A stretch of DNA of 64,000 nt from Arenimonas sp. (lineage in GTDB: Bacteria > Pseudomonadota > Gammaproteobacteria > Xanthomonadales > Xanthomonadaceae). The stretch lies in NCBI GenBank assembly GCA_050737875.1, contig JBOHYG010000108.1:31241-95240 (forward strand), in the 5' to 3' direction. Both the position numbers and the translations under genes were made by a program. The notes beneath the pieces were generated by a model. It made no database searches and was not told where the DNA came from. It saw only the letters and a program-made list of their open reading frames with translations. Positions 9,499 to 17,941 of this stretch are shown here, in pieces (positions within the stretch are counted from its first letter, which is position 1; every line of letters begins with the position of its first letter).

Positions 9499-11034
9499 AT
9501 GAAATCCGAATTTGAACAATTGGTCATGGAAGACAGCTCGCTGAAATCACGCCGGCGTTTTCTGCTCGGTGCGGCCGGTGGCGCAAGCGCGGCATTGGGT
9601 GGTTTTGGTTTTGGCTTGAGCGGTATTGCAGCGGCGGCGAATTTTGGCGTCAAGGCTACAACGCCGATTCCAAACGACTATCGCGCGATGGTGTGCTTCT
9701 TCCTGCACGGCGGCAATGACACGGTCAACACGATCATTCCCTATGATCAAGCAACCTATAACCAGTACGTCGTTGCCCGCGAAGGTTCATTGTCGCGACC
9801 GCTCGGCATTACCAGATTACGCAGCGACTTGTTGCCGGTTTCCGCGGCATCGGTGAACGATGGGCGCACGCTGGCATTTCCGAAGGAAATGAATTCACTT
9901 AAGAAGATTTATGACGCTGGCCGGGCAGCGGTTATTTCCAATGTCGGCGTGTTGTCATATCCAACCACGAAAACGCAGTACCAGAATGAAACCGTGGAAT
10001 TGCCGCCGCAATTATTTTCGCATTCCGACCATCAGCGTTTCTGGCAATTGGGCGTGCCAAATTACACCACCCGTACCGGATGGGCGGGACGCATGGGCGA
10101 TTTGCTGGCAGCGGCCAATAACAGCAATGTCTCGATGTGCATTTCGGTAGCCGGCAACAATACCTGGCAAGTTGGCAGCAGCGTGTTGCCGTATCCGATC
10201 AGTTCCGAATACGGTGCGCCGCAGTTTTGGGGCAGCTGGAATACCAACCGCGTAAATGCAATGAACGCGATGAATCTGCAGACGCGCACCAACCTGCTCG
10301 AAAGACAGGCTGCCCGGGTTTATAACCGTTCGATCAATGCGCAAGTCGATATGGACGAAGCATTGAATTTCTCGATGACACTGGAAAATTTCTTTCCGAA
10401 AAATCCGGTCGGTTTCAATCCAGCCTTGAACGGCGAATACAACGATGTCATGCAGCAATTCCAGATGGTGGCCAGATTAATCGCCGCGCGCGATGTGCTG
10501 GGTCACAAGCGGCAAATCTTTTTCGTCGGGCTCGGCGGCTTCGACAATCACGATTCTCTCACCGACCATCCCGACCGCTTGAAAATAGTGGCTGACGGGA
10601 TGGCGGCTTTTTATCAGGCAACCGCCATACTGGGAATCGACCAGAACGTCGTGACGTTTACAGCGTCGGATTTCGGGCGTCCGCTGAAGAGTAATGGCAC
10701 CGGCTCCGATCATGGTTGGGGCGCGCACCATTTCGTGGTCGGTGGTTCGGTGCGGGGCGGCAACGTCTATGGTCGTTTTCCGCAGATGGTGATCAACGGA
10801 CCGGATACTCTCGACAATCAGGGACATCTATTGCCGAGTTCTTCGGTCGACGAATACGCGGCGACTTTGGCGAGCTGGTTCGGCGTGTCGCAAACCGATA
10901 TGCCGATCGTGATTCCAAATATTGCCCGCTTCAATACCAGCGACATGGGTTTCATGACCGGAATCAAACCGTATCCGATCAACGATAGTGTTTGCGTAAG
11001 CGCGAAGGGCTGTCGTCCTCCGGGAAGAAAATAA
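9499..11034 (+). CDS. DUF1501 domain-containing protein (sulfatase/alkaline-phosphatase-like), Tat-exported
   Basis: Internal ATG at 9499. The twin-arginine motif is SRRRFLLGAAGG. FFLHGGNDTVNTIIP...FSHSDHQ...GGFDNHD...GSDHGWG is typical of DUF1501. Confidence 0.85.
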   Translation: MKSEFEQLVMEDSSLKSRRRFLLGAAGGASAALGGFGFGLSGIAAAANFGVKATTPIPNDYRAMVCFFLHGGNDTVNTIIPYDQATYNQYVVAREGSLSRPLGITRLRSDLLPVSAASVNDGRTLAFPKEMNSLKKIYDAGRAAVISNVGVLSYPTTKTQYQNETVELPPQLFSHSDHQRFWQLGVPNYTTRTGWAGRMGDLLAAANNSNVSMCISVAGNNTWQVGSSVLPYPISSEYGAPQFWGSWNTNRVNAMNAMNLQTRTNLLERQAARVYNRSINAQVDMDEALNFSMTLENFFPKNPVGFNPALNGEYNDVMQQFQMVARLIAARDVLGHKRQIFFVGLGGFDNHDSLTDHPDRLKIVADGMAAFYQATAILGIDQNVVTFTASDFGRPLKSNGTGSDHGWGAHHFVVGGSVRGGNVYGRFPQMVINGPDTLDNQGHLLPSSSVDEYAATLASWFGVSQTDMPIVIPNIARFNTSDMGFMTGIKPYPINDSVCVSAKGCRPPGRK

Positions 11035-11064
11035 GGGTTTGTCCTTTCCGGTTTTGCGATTCGC

Positions 11065-11415
11065 TTATTCCCAGAAGATCAGGATTGCGGCGGCGACGAT
11101 CAATGCAAAACCGGCAATGTGATTCCATTTGATCTGTTCGCCGAGATACCAGATCGAAAAACCGCCGAACACGATCAGCGTAATGATTTCCTGCATGCCT
11201 TTCAGTTGCGGCGCAGTGTAAACGGCGTGCCCCATGCGATTGGCCGGGACTTGCAGGCAGTATTCGAAGAATGCAATGCCCCAGCTGGCCGCAATCACGA
11301 TCCATAACGGGCTTGCCTTGAATTTCAAATGCCCGTACCAGGCAAATGTCATGAAAATATTGGACCCGATCAGCAGCAATACGGGCGTCAAATAAGCGTT
11401 CCATTGGATAGGCAT
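11065..11415 (-). CDS. DMT-superfamily small membrane protein (DUF486)
   Basis: 116 aa with 4 TM helices and the N-terminus MPIQWNAYLTPVLLLIGSNIFMTFAWYGHLKF. Confidence 0.7.
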   Translation of the reverse strand: MPIQWNAYLTPVLLLIGSNIFMTFAWYGHLKFKASPLWIVIAASWGIAFFEYCLQVPANRMGHAVYTAPQLKGMQEIITLIVFGGFSIWYLGEQIKWNHIAGFALIVAAAILIFWE

Positions 11416-11532
11416 CGGTAATTCCTCAAATCGAAGCGGCTATCCTATTCGATAAATCCGTTCAGTTTCGTCTTCACGTCGGTTAAACCTGCCTTCCCGT
11501 CTAATGCAGCCATCGAAAGCTAGGAGAGTGTC

Positions 11533-12246
11533 ATGCGCCGTGATGAACCATCGGGACTGATTTTATTGGTCGAAGACAACCGTAATTTGTCTGAAATGGT
11601 AGGCGAGTATCTGGAATCCAAAGGCTTTGGCGTCGATTACGCCAGCGATGGCCTCGATGGTTACCGGCTGGCTGTCGATAACAGTTATGACGTGATCGTG
11701 CTGGACTTGATGCTGCCGCGTCTGGATGGCATCGATCTGTGTCGCAAGCTTCGCAATGAGGCCAAGAAATCGACCCCTGTGCTGATGCTGACCGCGCGCG
11801 ATACCTTGAACGACAAAGTGACTGGTCTGGAAGCCGGCGCCGATGATTACCTGGTCAAACCATTTGCGATCCAGGAATTGGAAGCGCGCGTTCGTGCCCT
11901 GATTCGCCGTGATCGCCGCCAGGTCAGTGCCGAAGTTTTGAAAATTGCCGACCTTGTTCTCGATACCGCCAGCTTGCGCGTGACTCGCGGCAATCAGGAA
12001 ATATTCCTGTCGCCGATCGGTTTGCGCCTGCTCACCATCTTGATGCGGGAATCGCCGCGGGTGGTAACCCGTCGCGATATCGAACGCGAAATCTGGGGCG
12101 ATGGCTTGCCGGATTCCGACACACTTCGCAGCCATCTCTACAATTTGCGTAAATGCGTCGACCGTCCGTTTGACAAACAGTTGCTGCATACTGTGCAAAC
12201 AGCCGGTTACCGGATCGCCGACCTCGAGACCGCAACGACCGCATAA
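11533..12246 (+). CDS. OmpR-family two-component response regulator
   Basis: Receiver domain (ILLVEDN...VIVLDLMLPRLDG...LMLTARD...KPF) plus a winged-helix C-terminal domain. Confidence 0.9.
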   Translation: MRRDEPSGLILLVEDNRNLSEMVGEYLESKGFGVDYASDGLDGYRLAVDNSYDVIVLDLMLPRLDGIDLCRKLRNEAKKSTPVLMLTARDTLNDKVTGLEAGADDYLVKPFAIQELEARVRALIRRDRRQVSAEVLKIADLVLDTASLRVTRGNQEIFLSPIGLRLLTILMRESPRVVTRRDIEREIWGDGLPDSDTLRSHLYNLRKCVDRPFDKQLLHTVQTAGYRIADLETATTA

Positions 12247-12276
12247 AAATATTTTTCGGGAACGCAGCGCCAACCC

Positions 12277-13584
12277 ATGACCAAATTATCGTCTAACGCT
12301 GGCTTGCGTCGAAAAATCTGGACGGCATTCATCCTGCAAGCTGCGGTGATCAGCTTTGCCGCCGTGCTCGGCGTCTACGGTGCTTCGATAATTCTCAAAC
12401 ATGTGTTGATTCGCCAGGCACTGGAAAAAGAAGCCGCACATTATTGGGACATCCTGCAAGCCAATAAAAACGCATCCGCACCCGATACCTACAACATGAA
12501 AGGTTATCTGCTGTTCGAAGGTGATTCGGAAGCAGTATTGCCGGAAAGCATGCGCGGGCTTTCGCTGGGCTTTCATAGCCTGCCGCAGGCACAGGGTGGT
12601 TCACTGATTCTGGTGGAACAAAAAGGCGATCGCCATTTGTTTCTGCAATTCAAACAAGAGCAAGTGGATGCGTTGGCGTTCTGGTTCGGCATGGTGCCGC
12701 TGGCGCTGGTGTTGGCTGTCGTATACCTGATTGCATTCAGCACTTATCGTGCTTCCAAGCGTGCAGTCTCGCCGGTGATCTGGCTGGCGAACCAGGTAAA
12801 ACTCTGGGACCCGAAAAATCCGGATGCCAATTCGATCAAACCGGAAAATCTGCCGAGCGATGTCGAAGGCGAAACTTTTACGCTGGCGTCTTCGCTGCAT
12901 GACTATGCTTCGCGAATCAATAATTTCGTCGAACGCGAACGCAATTTCACCCGCGACGCATCGCATGAATTACGTACGCCGTTGACCGTCATTCGCGTTG
13001 CCGGCGACATAATGTGCGGAGATGAGGGCATGTCGGCTTCGTCGAAGAAATCCCTGACCCGGATCAAGCAGGCGGGTCGAGATATGGAAGCTTTGATTGA
13101 AAGTTTCCTGATTCTTGCGCGCGAAGGCGACACCGGTTTGCCGGACGAGGAATTTTCGGTGGCCGAAGTGGTGGCCGATGAAGTCGACAAGGCGCAGGTA
13201 CTGTTGCTGGACAAGCCGGTCGAATTGAAAGTCGAGGTCGTACAGGATTTCGATTTGTTTGCGCCATCCCGCGTGTTGAGCGTGATGCTTGGAAATTTGT
13301 TACGCAACGCCTGCAACTATACCGATCAAGGTTTGATTCGCGTATCGATCGAGCTGGGGCGCATTAGCGTGATCGATACCGGAATCGGCATGGCGAAAGA
13401 AGACCTGGACAAGGTGTATGACACCTTCTTCCGTGGCAATAACCACGGCAAGGACGGCCAGGGTGTCGGTTTGTCGATCGTTCGGCGTTTATCCGATCGC
13501 TATCACTGGCCGGTTAAACTCGACAGCAGTCTGGGGCAGGGAACCTGTGCCAGTATCGAGTTTCCGAAGGCAATCCTCCGGTAA
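12277..13584 (+). CDS. Two-component sensor histidine kinase
   Basis: Two TM segments and the H-box FTRDASHELRTPLTVI. N/G boxes are LLRNACNYT, IDTGIGM and GVGLSIV. It lies 30 nt downstream of the regulator. Confidence 0.9.
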   Translation: MTKLSSNAGLRRKIWTAFILQAAVISFAAVLGVYGASIILKHVLIRQALEKEAAHYWDILQANKNASAPDTYNMKGYLLFEGDSEAVLPESMRGLSLGFHSLPQAQGGSLILVEQKGDRHLFLQFKQEQVDALAFWFGMVPLALVLAVVYLIAFSTYRASKRAVSPVIWLANQVKLWDPKNPDANSIKPENLPSDVEGETFTLASSLHDYASRINNFVERERNFTRDASHELRTPLTVIRVAGDIMCGDEGMSASSKKSLTRIKQAGRDMEALIESFLILAREGDTGLPDEEFSVAEVVADEVDKAQVLLLDKPVELKVEVVQDFDLFAPSRVLSVMLGNLLRNACNYTDQGLIRVSIELGRISVIDTGIGMAKEDLDKVYDTFFRGNNHGKDGQGVGLSIVRRLSDRYHWPVKLDSSLGQGTCASIEFPKAILR

Positions 13585-13640
13585 TTACTTGGACTGGGCT
13601 GCCCCGAATCGTTATGCTTGCCATCTAAACGGAGCCTGCC

Positions 13641-14678
13641 ATGCAGCGATTATTGTTTTGTATCATTTTTATCCTGAGTTTCGCGATGACCAACATTTCC
13701 GGCGCAGCCGAAAGCAAACAAGAAAGCACCATGCAAACCAATAACAATAAAAAATTTGCTCTCGTCATCCATGGCGGTGCGGGCGTCGTGAGTCGCGATT
13801 CGATTCCGGATGCAGACGCGAAATTGATGCAGGCCGATCTCGACAAAGCACTCGATGCCGGTTATGCGGTGCTTAGCAAAGGCGGCGATGCATTGGATGC
13901 GGTTACCGCGGCCATTATCGTGCTCGAAGATTCGCCCTGGTTTAATGCCGGCAAAGGTTCCGTTTTCAACGCCGAAGGCGGGCATGAACTCGATGCTTCC
14001 GTGATGGAAGGCCATACGCGACGTGCTGGTGCAGTCGCCGGTGTCACCACCGTAAAAAATCCGATCTTGCTGGCTCGCAGCGTAATGGAAAAATCCGAGC
14101 ACGTGATGTTGGCTGGCGAAGGCGCTGAAAAATTCGCCGATACGCAGAAAGACATCGAACGCGTCGATCCAAAATATTTCGATACCGACAAACGCTGGAA
14201 ACAATTACAGGATGCGAAAGCCAAGGAAGCCGCGCATGCCACCCATACCGTGCCTGGCACTTATTTCGGTACGGTCGGTGCGGTTGCACTTGATCAACAA
14301 GGTCATATCGCCGCCGGTACTTCTACAGGCGGCATGACGAATAAGAAATGGAGTCGCGTTGGTGATTCGCCGATTATCGGCGCCGGTACTTTTGCGACTG
14401 AAAATTGCGGTGTTTCCGGAACCGGTTGGGGCGAGTTTTATATTCGTGCGGTAGCCGCGCACGATATTTGTTCACGAGTCGAATATCGCGGTGATTCGAT
14501 TGCGCTGGCAGCCGACGACGTGATCAATAAAATCATTCCCGCACTCGGCGGCGATGGTGGTGCGATTGCACTCGACAAAGACGGCAATATCGCCATGCCA
14601 TTCAATACCGCAGGCATGTCGCGCGGCTGGATCAATCCGGACGGTACGCGTGGTACCGCCATTTTCAAAGACGAATGA
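13641..14678 (+). CDS. Isoaspartyl peptidase / L-asparaginase (Ntn-hydrolase, IaaA family), secreted
   Basis: Signal peptide present. FALVIHGGAG... and the autoprocessing site GTVGAVALD are present, as is GAGTFA. Confidence 0.85.
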   Translation: MQRLLFCIIFILSFAMTNISGAAESKQESTMQTNNNKKFALVIHGGAGVVSRDSIPDADAKLMQADLDKALDAGYAVLSKGGDALDAVTAAIIVLEDSPWFNAGKGSVFNAEGGHELDASVMEGHTRRAGAVAGVTTVKNPILLARSVMEKSEHVMLAGEGAEKFADTQKDIERVDPKYFDTDKRWKQLQDAKAKEAAHATHTVPGTYFGTVGAVALDQQGHIAAGTSTGGMTNKKWSRVGDSPIIGAGTFATENCGVSGTGWGEFYIRAVAAHDICSRVEYRGDSIALAADDVINKIIPALGGDGGAIALDKDGNIAMPFNTAGMSRGWINPDGTRGTAIFKDE

Positions 14679-14691
14679 ATCATTCGTGTAT

Positions 14692-14712
14692 CCCTCTCCC
14701 ATCGGGAGAGGG
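14692..14712. repeat. REP-like GC-rich hairpin CCCTCTCCC-ATC-GGGAGAGGG
   Basis: Perfect 9-bp inverted repeat 14 nt after the asparaginase-like gene stop. It is followed by a second small hairpin, GCCCC-GAA-GGGGC (14714-14726). Confidence 0.7.
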
Positions 14713-14790
14713 TGCCCCGAAGGGGCGGGTGAGGGTTCGAACACGCTGGATTTAAACAAGCATCACGCGTGATTTCACCCTCTCCCCCGA

Positions 14791-14813
14791 CCCCTCTCCC
14801 GCAGGGAGAGGGG
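14791..14813. repeat. REP-like GC-rich hairpin CCCCTCTCCC-GCA-GGGAGAGGGG
   Basis: Perfect 10-bp inverted repeat directly downstream of the minus-strand gene ending at 14821. It has the same arm sequence family as 14692-14712. Confidence 0.7.
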
Positions 14814-14820
14814 AGCGATA

Positions 14821-15831
14821 TCAGAACCCGCGATCGCCGGAAATAATTCCGCCCAGACCGCCAAGTATCGAACCTTCATCGCGACCGCCGCCTTTCTGGT
14901 ACGCGGCACTGAACATGCGGCCAGCCAGGCGCGAGAACGGCAGCGATTGAATCCAGATTTTTCCGGGGCCTGTCAGGGTCGCCATAAATACGCCTTCGCC
15001 ACCGAACAAGGCCGACTTCACACTGCCGACCGATTTGATATCGAAATTGACCGTGCTGGTCATCGCCACGACGCAACCGGTATCCACATCCAGACGTTCA
15101 CCGGCTTTCAATTCGCGTTCGACGATCGTGCCGCCTGCGTGGATGAACACCATGCCATCGCCTTCGAGTTTCTGCATGATGAAACCTTCGCCACCGAACA
15201 ATGCGGTCATCACTTTTTTCTGGAAAAAAATGCCGATCGAAACGCCACGTGCCGCGCACAGGAATGAATCTTTCTGGCAGATGATTTTGCCGCCGTAATT
15301 GCTGAGCGTCATCGGCACGATCGTGCCGGGATACGGCGCCGCGAAAGCGACTTTGGCCTTGCCCTGGCCGGTATGCGAGAACATCGTGGTAAACAGGCTT
15401 TCACCGGTGATCAGGCGCTTGCCCGCGCCGACCAATTTGTCCATGAAGCCGCCGCCACTCGACGATGCCGAACCATCGCCAAAAATGGTTTCCATCGAGA
15501 TCGCCGAATCCTTGTACATCAATGACCCAGCTTCGGCGACGGTGCTTTCGCCCGGGTCGAGTTCGATTTCAACGAACTGCATGTCTTCGCCGAAAATTTT
15601 GTAATCGATCACGTCGCTGCGCTGCTGATTAGGGCTAGGCGGCGCCGGGATCGCAATATTGCTGGCGGCGGTTTCGCTACGCAGCTCCATGCAGCTGGCG
15701 ATGGCTTGCCATTCGGCAAAGCCTTGGCGCCAGCAATGGCCGTTCGGGTTTTTTGCCGCTTGTGCTACCGCCGCCGCGTGATCAAGCGGACCCATTTGCT
15801 GGCCGTTATAACTAAAAAACCATTGGTGCAT
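14821..15831 (-). CDS. GYF_2 domain + TIGR00266/AIM24 family protein
   Basis: The N-terminal ~50 aa (WFFSYNGQQMGPLDHAAAVAQAAKNPNGHCWRQGFAEWQAI) fit the bacterial GYF_2 pattern. The remainder (IDYKIFGEDMQFVEIELDPGESTVAEAGSLMY...GEGFIMQKLEGDG...GPGKIWIQSLPFSRLA) is the AIM24/DUF124 beta-barrel family. Confidence 0.8.
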   Translation of the reverse strand: MHQWFFSYNGQQMGPLDHAAAVAQAAKNPNGHCWRQGFAEWQAIASCMELRSETAASNIAIPAPPSPNQQRSDVIDYKIFGEDMQFVEIELDPGESTVAEAGSLMYKDSAISMETIFGDGSASSSGGGFMDKLVGAGKRLITGESLFTTMFSHTGQGKAKVAFAAPYPGTIVPMTLSNYGGKIICQKDSFLCAARGVSIGIFFQKKVMTALFGGEGFIMQKLEGDGMVFIHAGGTIVERELKAGERLDVDTGCVVAMTSTVNFDIKSVGSVKSALFGGEGVFMATLTGPGKIWIQSLPFSRLAGRMFSAAYQKGGGRDEGSILGGLGGIISGDRGF

Positions 15832-15860
15832 TTCGTTCTCCCGAATTAATGTTTATTCAA

Positions 15861-16517
15861 TTACATGCCGAGTTGCTGGTGGATTTCCTGACGTGCATTG
15901 GCATCGAGTTTCAACGCGGCTGCGAGCTGATCCAGAAAATCGCGTTCTTCCTGGGTGTCGGAAGTGATCGCAATCAATGCCGCTGCATAGGTGTCATCGC
16001 GCAGACTTTCCGGCGTACGAGCTACCAATTGTTTCAAATTCAACGGTGCGCTGATTTCAACATCGAGTGTGCGCAGGCTCTCTTCATCCAGGCCTGCCTT
16101 GCGTGCCCGGTCGAGAATGCTTTCACGTTCCTCGGCATCGATCAGTCCGTCGGCGTCGGCGGCGGTAATCATTGCGCGAATCAAATGCAGCGCATTTTCG
16201 TGGCTGACGGCGCTTGCCGCTCCCGGCGGTGGCGGCGGCATAACGTTTGCCGAACTGCCCGACGGCGGTGGGGGCGGCGGCGGACCATTGCCGGCGGCGG
16301 CCGAAGCTGAACCGGATGGCTGTTTATAGTGTTCGTAGGCGGCATAGGCCAGGCCGAGTAAACCAATCCCGATTTTGGCCTTGGTCCCGGTTGAAACCCC
16401 GCCCAATAGACCCGAGAGCCCGGAAGCCTGGCGTCTGTGCTTGCGTTTTTTGCCCCCAAAAGATCCTGAAAGGGCATCGCCCATTAATTGTCCGAGCAAA
16501 TTTTCCGCATTAAACAT
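15861..16517 (-). CDS. DUF533 / TerB-like (YebE-type) protein with poly-proline linker
   Basis: Basic N-terminus with one hydrophobic segment (IGIGLLGLAYAAY). Pro tracts are GPPPPPPPSG and MPPPPPG. The C-terminal TerB-like helical domain is LIRAMITAADADGLIDAEERESIL...AITSDTQEERDFLDQLAAAL. Confidence 0.75.
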   Translation of the reverse strand: MFNAENLLGQLMGDALSGSFGGKKRKHRRQASGLSGLLGGVSTGTKAKIGIGLLGLAYAAYEHYKQPSGSASAAAGNGPPPPPPPSGSSANVMPPPPPGAASAVSHENALHLIRAMITAADADGLIDAEERESILDRARKAGLDEESLRTLDVEISAPLNLKQLVARTPESLRDDTYAAALIAITSDTQEERDFLDQLAAALKLDANARQEIHQQLGM

Positions 16518-16644
16518 CGTGGTCTCCGGTCAGGTCAGGGGGGCAATGTCACACAATGGGGCTTAATTTACCCATGCTCAAGGTCATGTAGCGGCCGACT
16601 GTGGCAAAATACGCGACTCATTCTGCCCTCGACGGGATAACAAG

Positions 16645-17046
16645 ATGGCTGATAGCACCGAGAGTCAAAGCGCGCCGCGTAATGTCTTTCAAATCATCAA
16701 TGCATTCAAATGGTCAATGAAAGGACTGAAGGCAGCCTGGGATTATGAATCCTCGTTTCGTCTGGAAGTCTATCTATTCGTGATTATGGCGCCGCTCGGC
16801 TTCTGGCTGGGTGCGACGGGTGTTGAAAAAGCCTTGCTGGTTTCCAGCTTGATTCTTGTGCTGATCGTCGAAGTGATCAACTCTGCCATCGAGGCCGTGG
16901 TGGATCGATTCGGCGGCGAACATCATGTGCTTTCGGGCCGCGCAAAAGACCTCGGGTCGGCATCGGTTTTTCTGGCCGATATCATCGTGTTGCTCTGCTG
17001 GGCCTGCATTCTTGGCCCGCGTTTTATGGCGTGGGTAAATAGCTGA
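16645..17046 (+). CDS. dgkA: Diacylglycerol kinase
   Basis: 133 aa with 3 TM helices. WDYESSFRLEVYLFV...VEVINSAIEAVVDR is typical of DgkA. Confidence 0.85.
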   Translation: MADSTESQSAPRNVFQIINAFKWSMKGLKAAWDYESSFRLEVYLFVIMAPLGFWLGATGVEKALLVSSLILVLIVEVINSAIEAVVDRFGGEHHVLSGRAKDLGSASVFLADIIVLLCWACILGPRFMAWVNS

Positions 17047-17047
17047 G

Positions 17048-17770
17048 ATGGATTTTTTATTTAGTACCGAAATGTGGGTGGCCTTGTTCACCTTGGCAAT
17101 GTTGGAAATTGTACTGGGCGTGGATAACCTCGTTTTCATTTCCATTGCCGTCAGCAAGTTGCCGCCCGAACAAAGGCCGCGGGCCAGAAAACTTGGCCTT
17201 GCACTGGCTTGTCTGACACGAATTGCCTTGCTGCTTTCGCTGGCGTTCCTGGCGAGCATGAAGAGCAACCTGTTCAGCCTGTTCGGACAGAATTTTTCGA
17301 TTCGCGATTTGGTGTTGATTGCCGGTGGCCTGTTCCTGCTGGTGAAAGGGACCATGGAGATCCATGATTCCGTGGAAGGCCGTGGCGAAGATGAAGATAT
17401 CGATACCAAGCCATCAGCAGTATTCGGTTATGTGATCGCACAAATCGCGATCATCGATATCGTGTTCTCGCTCGACTCGGTAATCACTGCGGTCGGCATG
17501 GTGGATAACCGCTGGATCATGGTCGCGGCGATCATGATTGCGGTCGGCGTGATGATTTTTGCGGCCAATCCGATCGGTGATTTCATCGATCGTCACCCAA
17601 CCGTGAAAATGCTCGCATTGGCATTCATCATCCTGGTCGGTGTGGCGTTGATCGCCGAAGGTTTCGAAATTCATATCGACAGAAAACTGCTTTACTTCGC
17701 AATGGCATTCTCGGCCGGCGTGGAAGCATTGAATATCTGGTCGAGGAAAAAGTCGCGAAGAAATCACTAA
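17048..17770 (+). CDS. TerC family integral membrane protein
   Basis: 240 aa polytopic protein with LAMLEIVLGVDNLVFI and IIDIVFSLDSVITAVGM (the duplicated TerC motifs). Confidence 0.85.
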   Translation: MDFLFSTEMWVALFTLAMLEIVLGVDNLVFISIAVSKLPPEQRPRARKLGLALACLTRIALLLSLAFLASMKSNLFSLFGQNFSIRDLVLIAGGLFLLVKGTMEIHDSVEGRGEDEDIDTKPSAVFGYVIAQIAIIDIVFSLDSVITAVGMVDNRWIMVAAIMIAVGVMIFAANPIGDFIDRHPTVKMLALAFIILVGVALIAEGFEIHIDRKLLYFAMAFSAGVEALNIWSRKKSRRNH

Positions 17771-17941
17771 CGCGATAGTCTCGTTTGCGACACGGTGCGT
17801 CTCCGGCGCACCAAGCTTGGACCGGTAATACTGGTGCGATATTTAACGGTCCTCTGATAAAAACAGCAGATGTCGGCGAGCCCTAAAACGCCGACGGCGT
17901 GGATATCATGTTAAATTGATGCCACGCAAACAGGGCCTGTT

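Noticed and set aside
16518-16644. Possible yybP-ykoY (Mn) riboswitch, since a TerC-family gene is nearby.
   Set aside because: The TerC gene starts 1 nt after dgkA, so it has no leader. I could not find the conserved GGGGAGUAG-type core in the 127-nt region upstream of dgkA.
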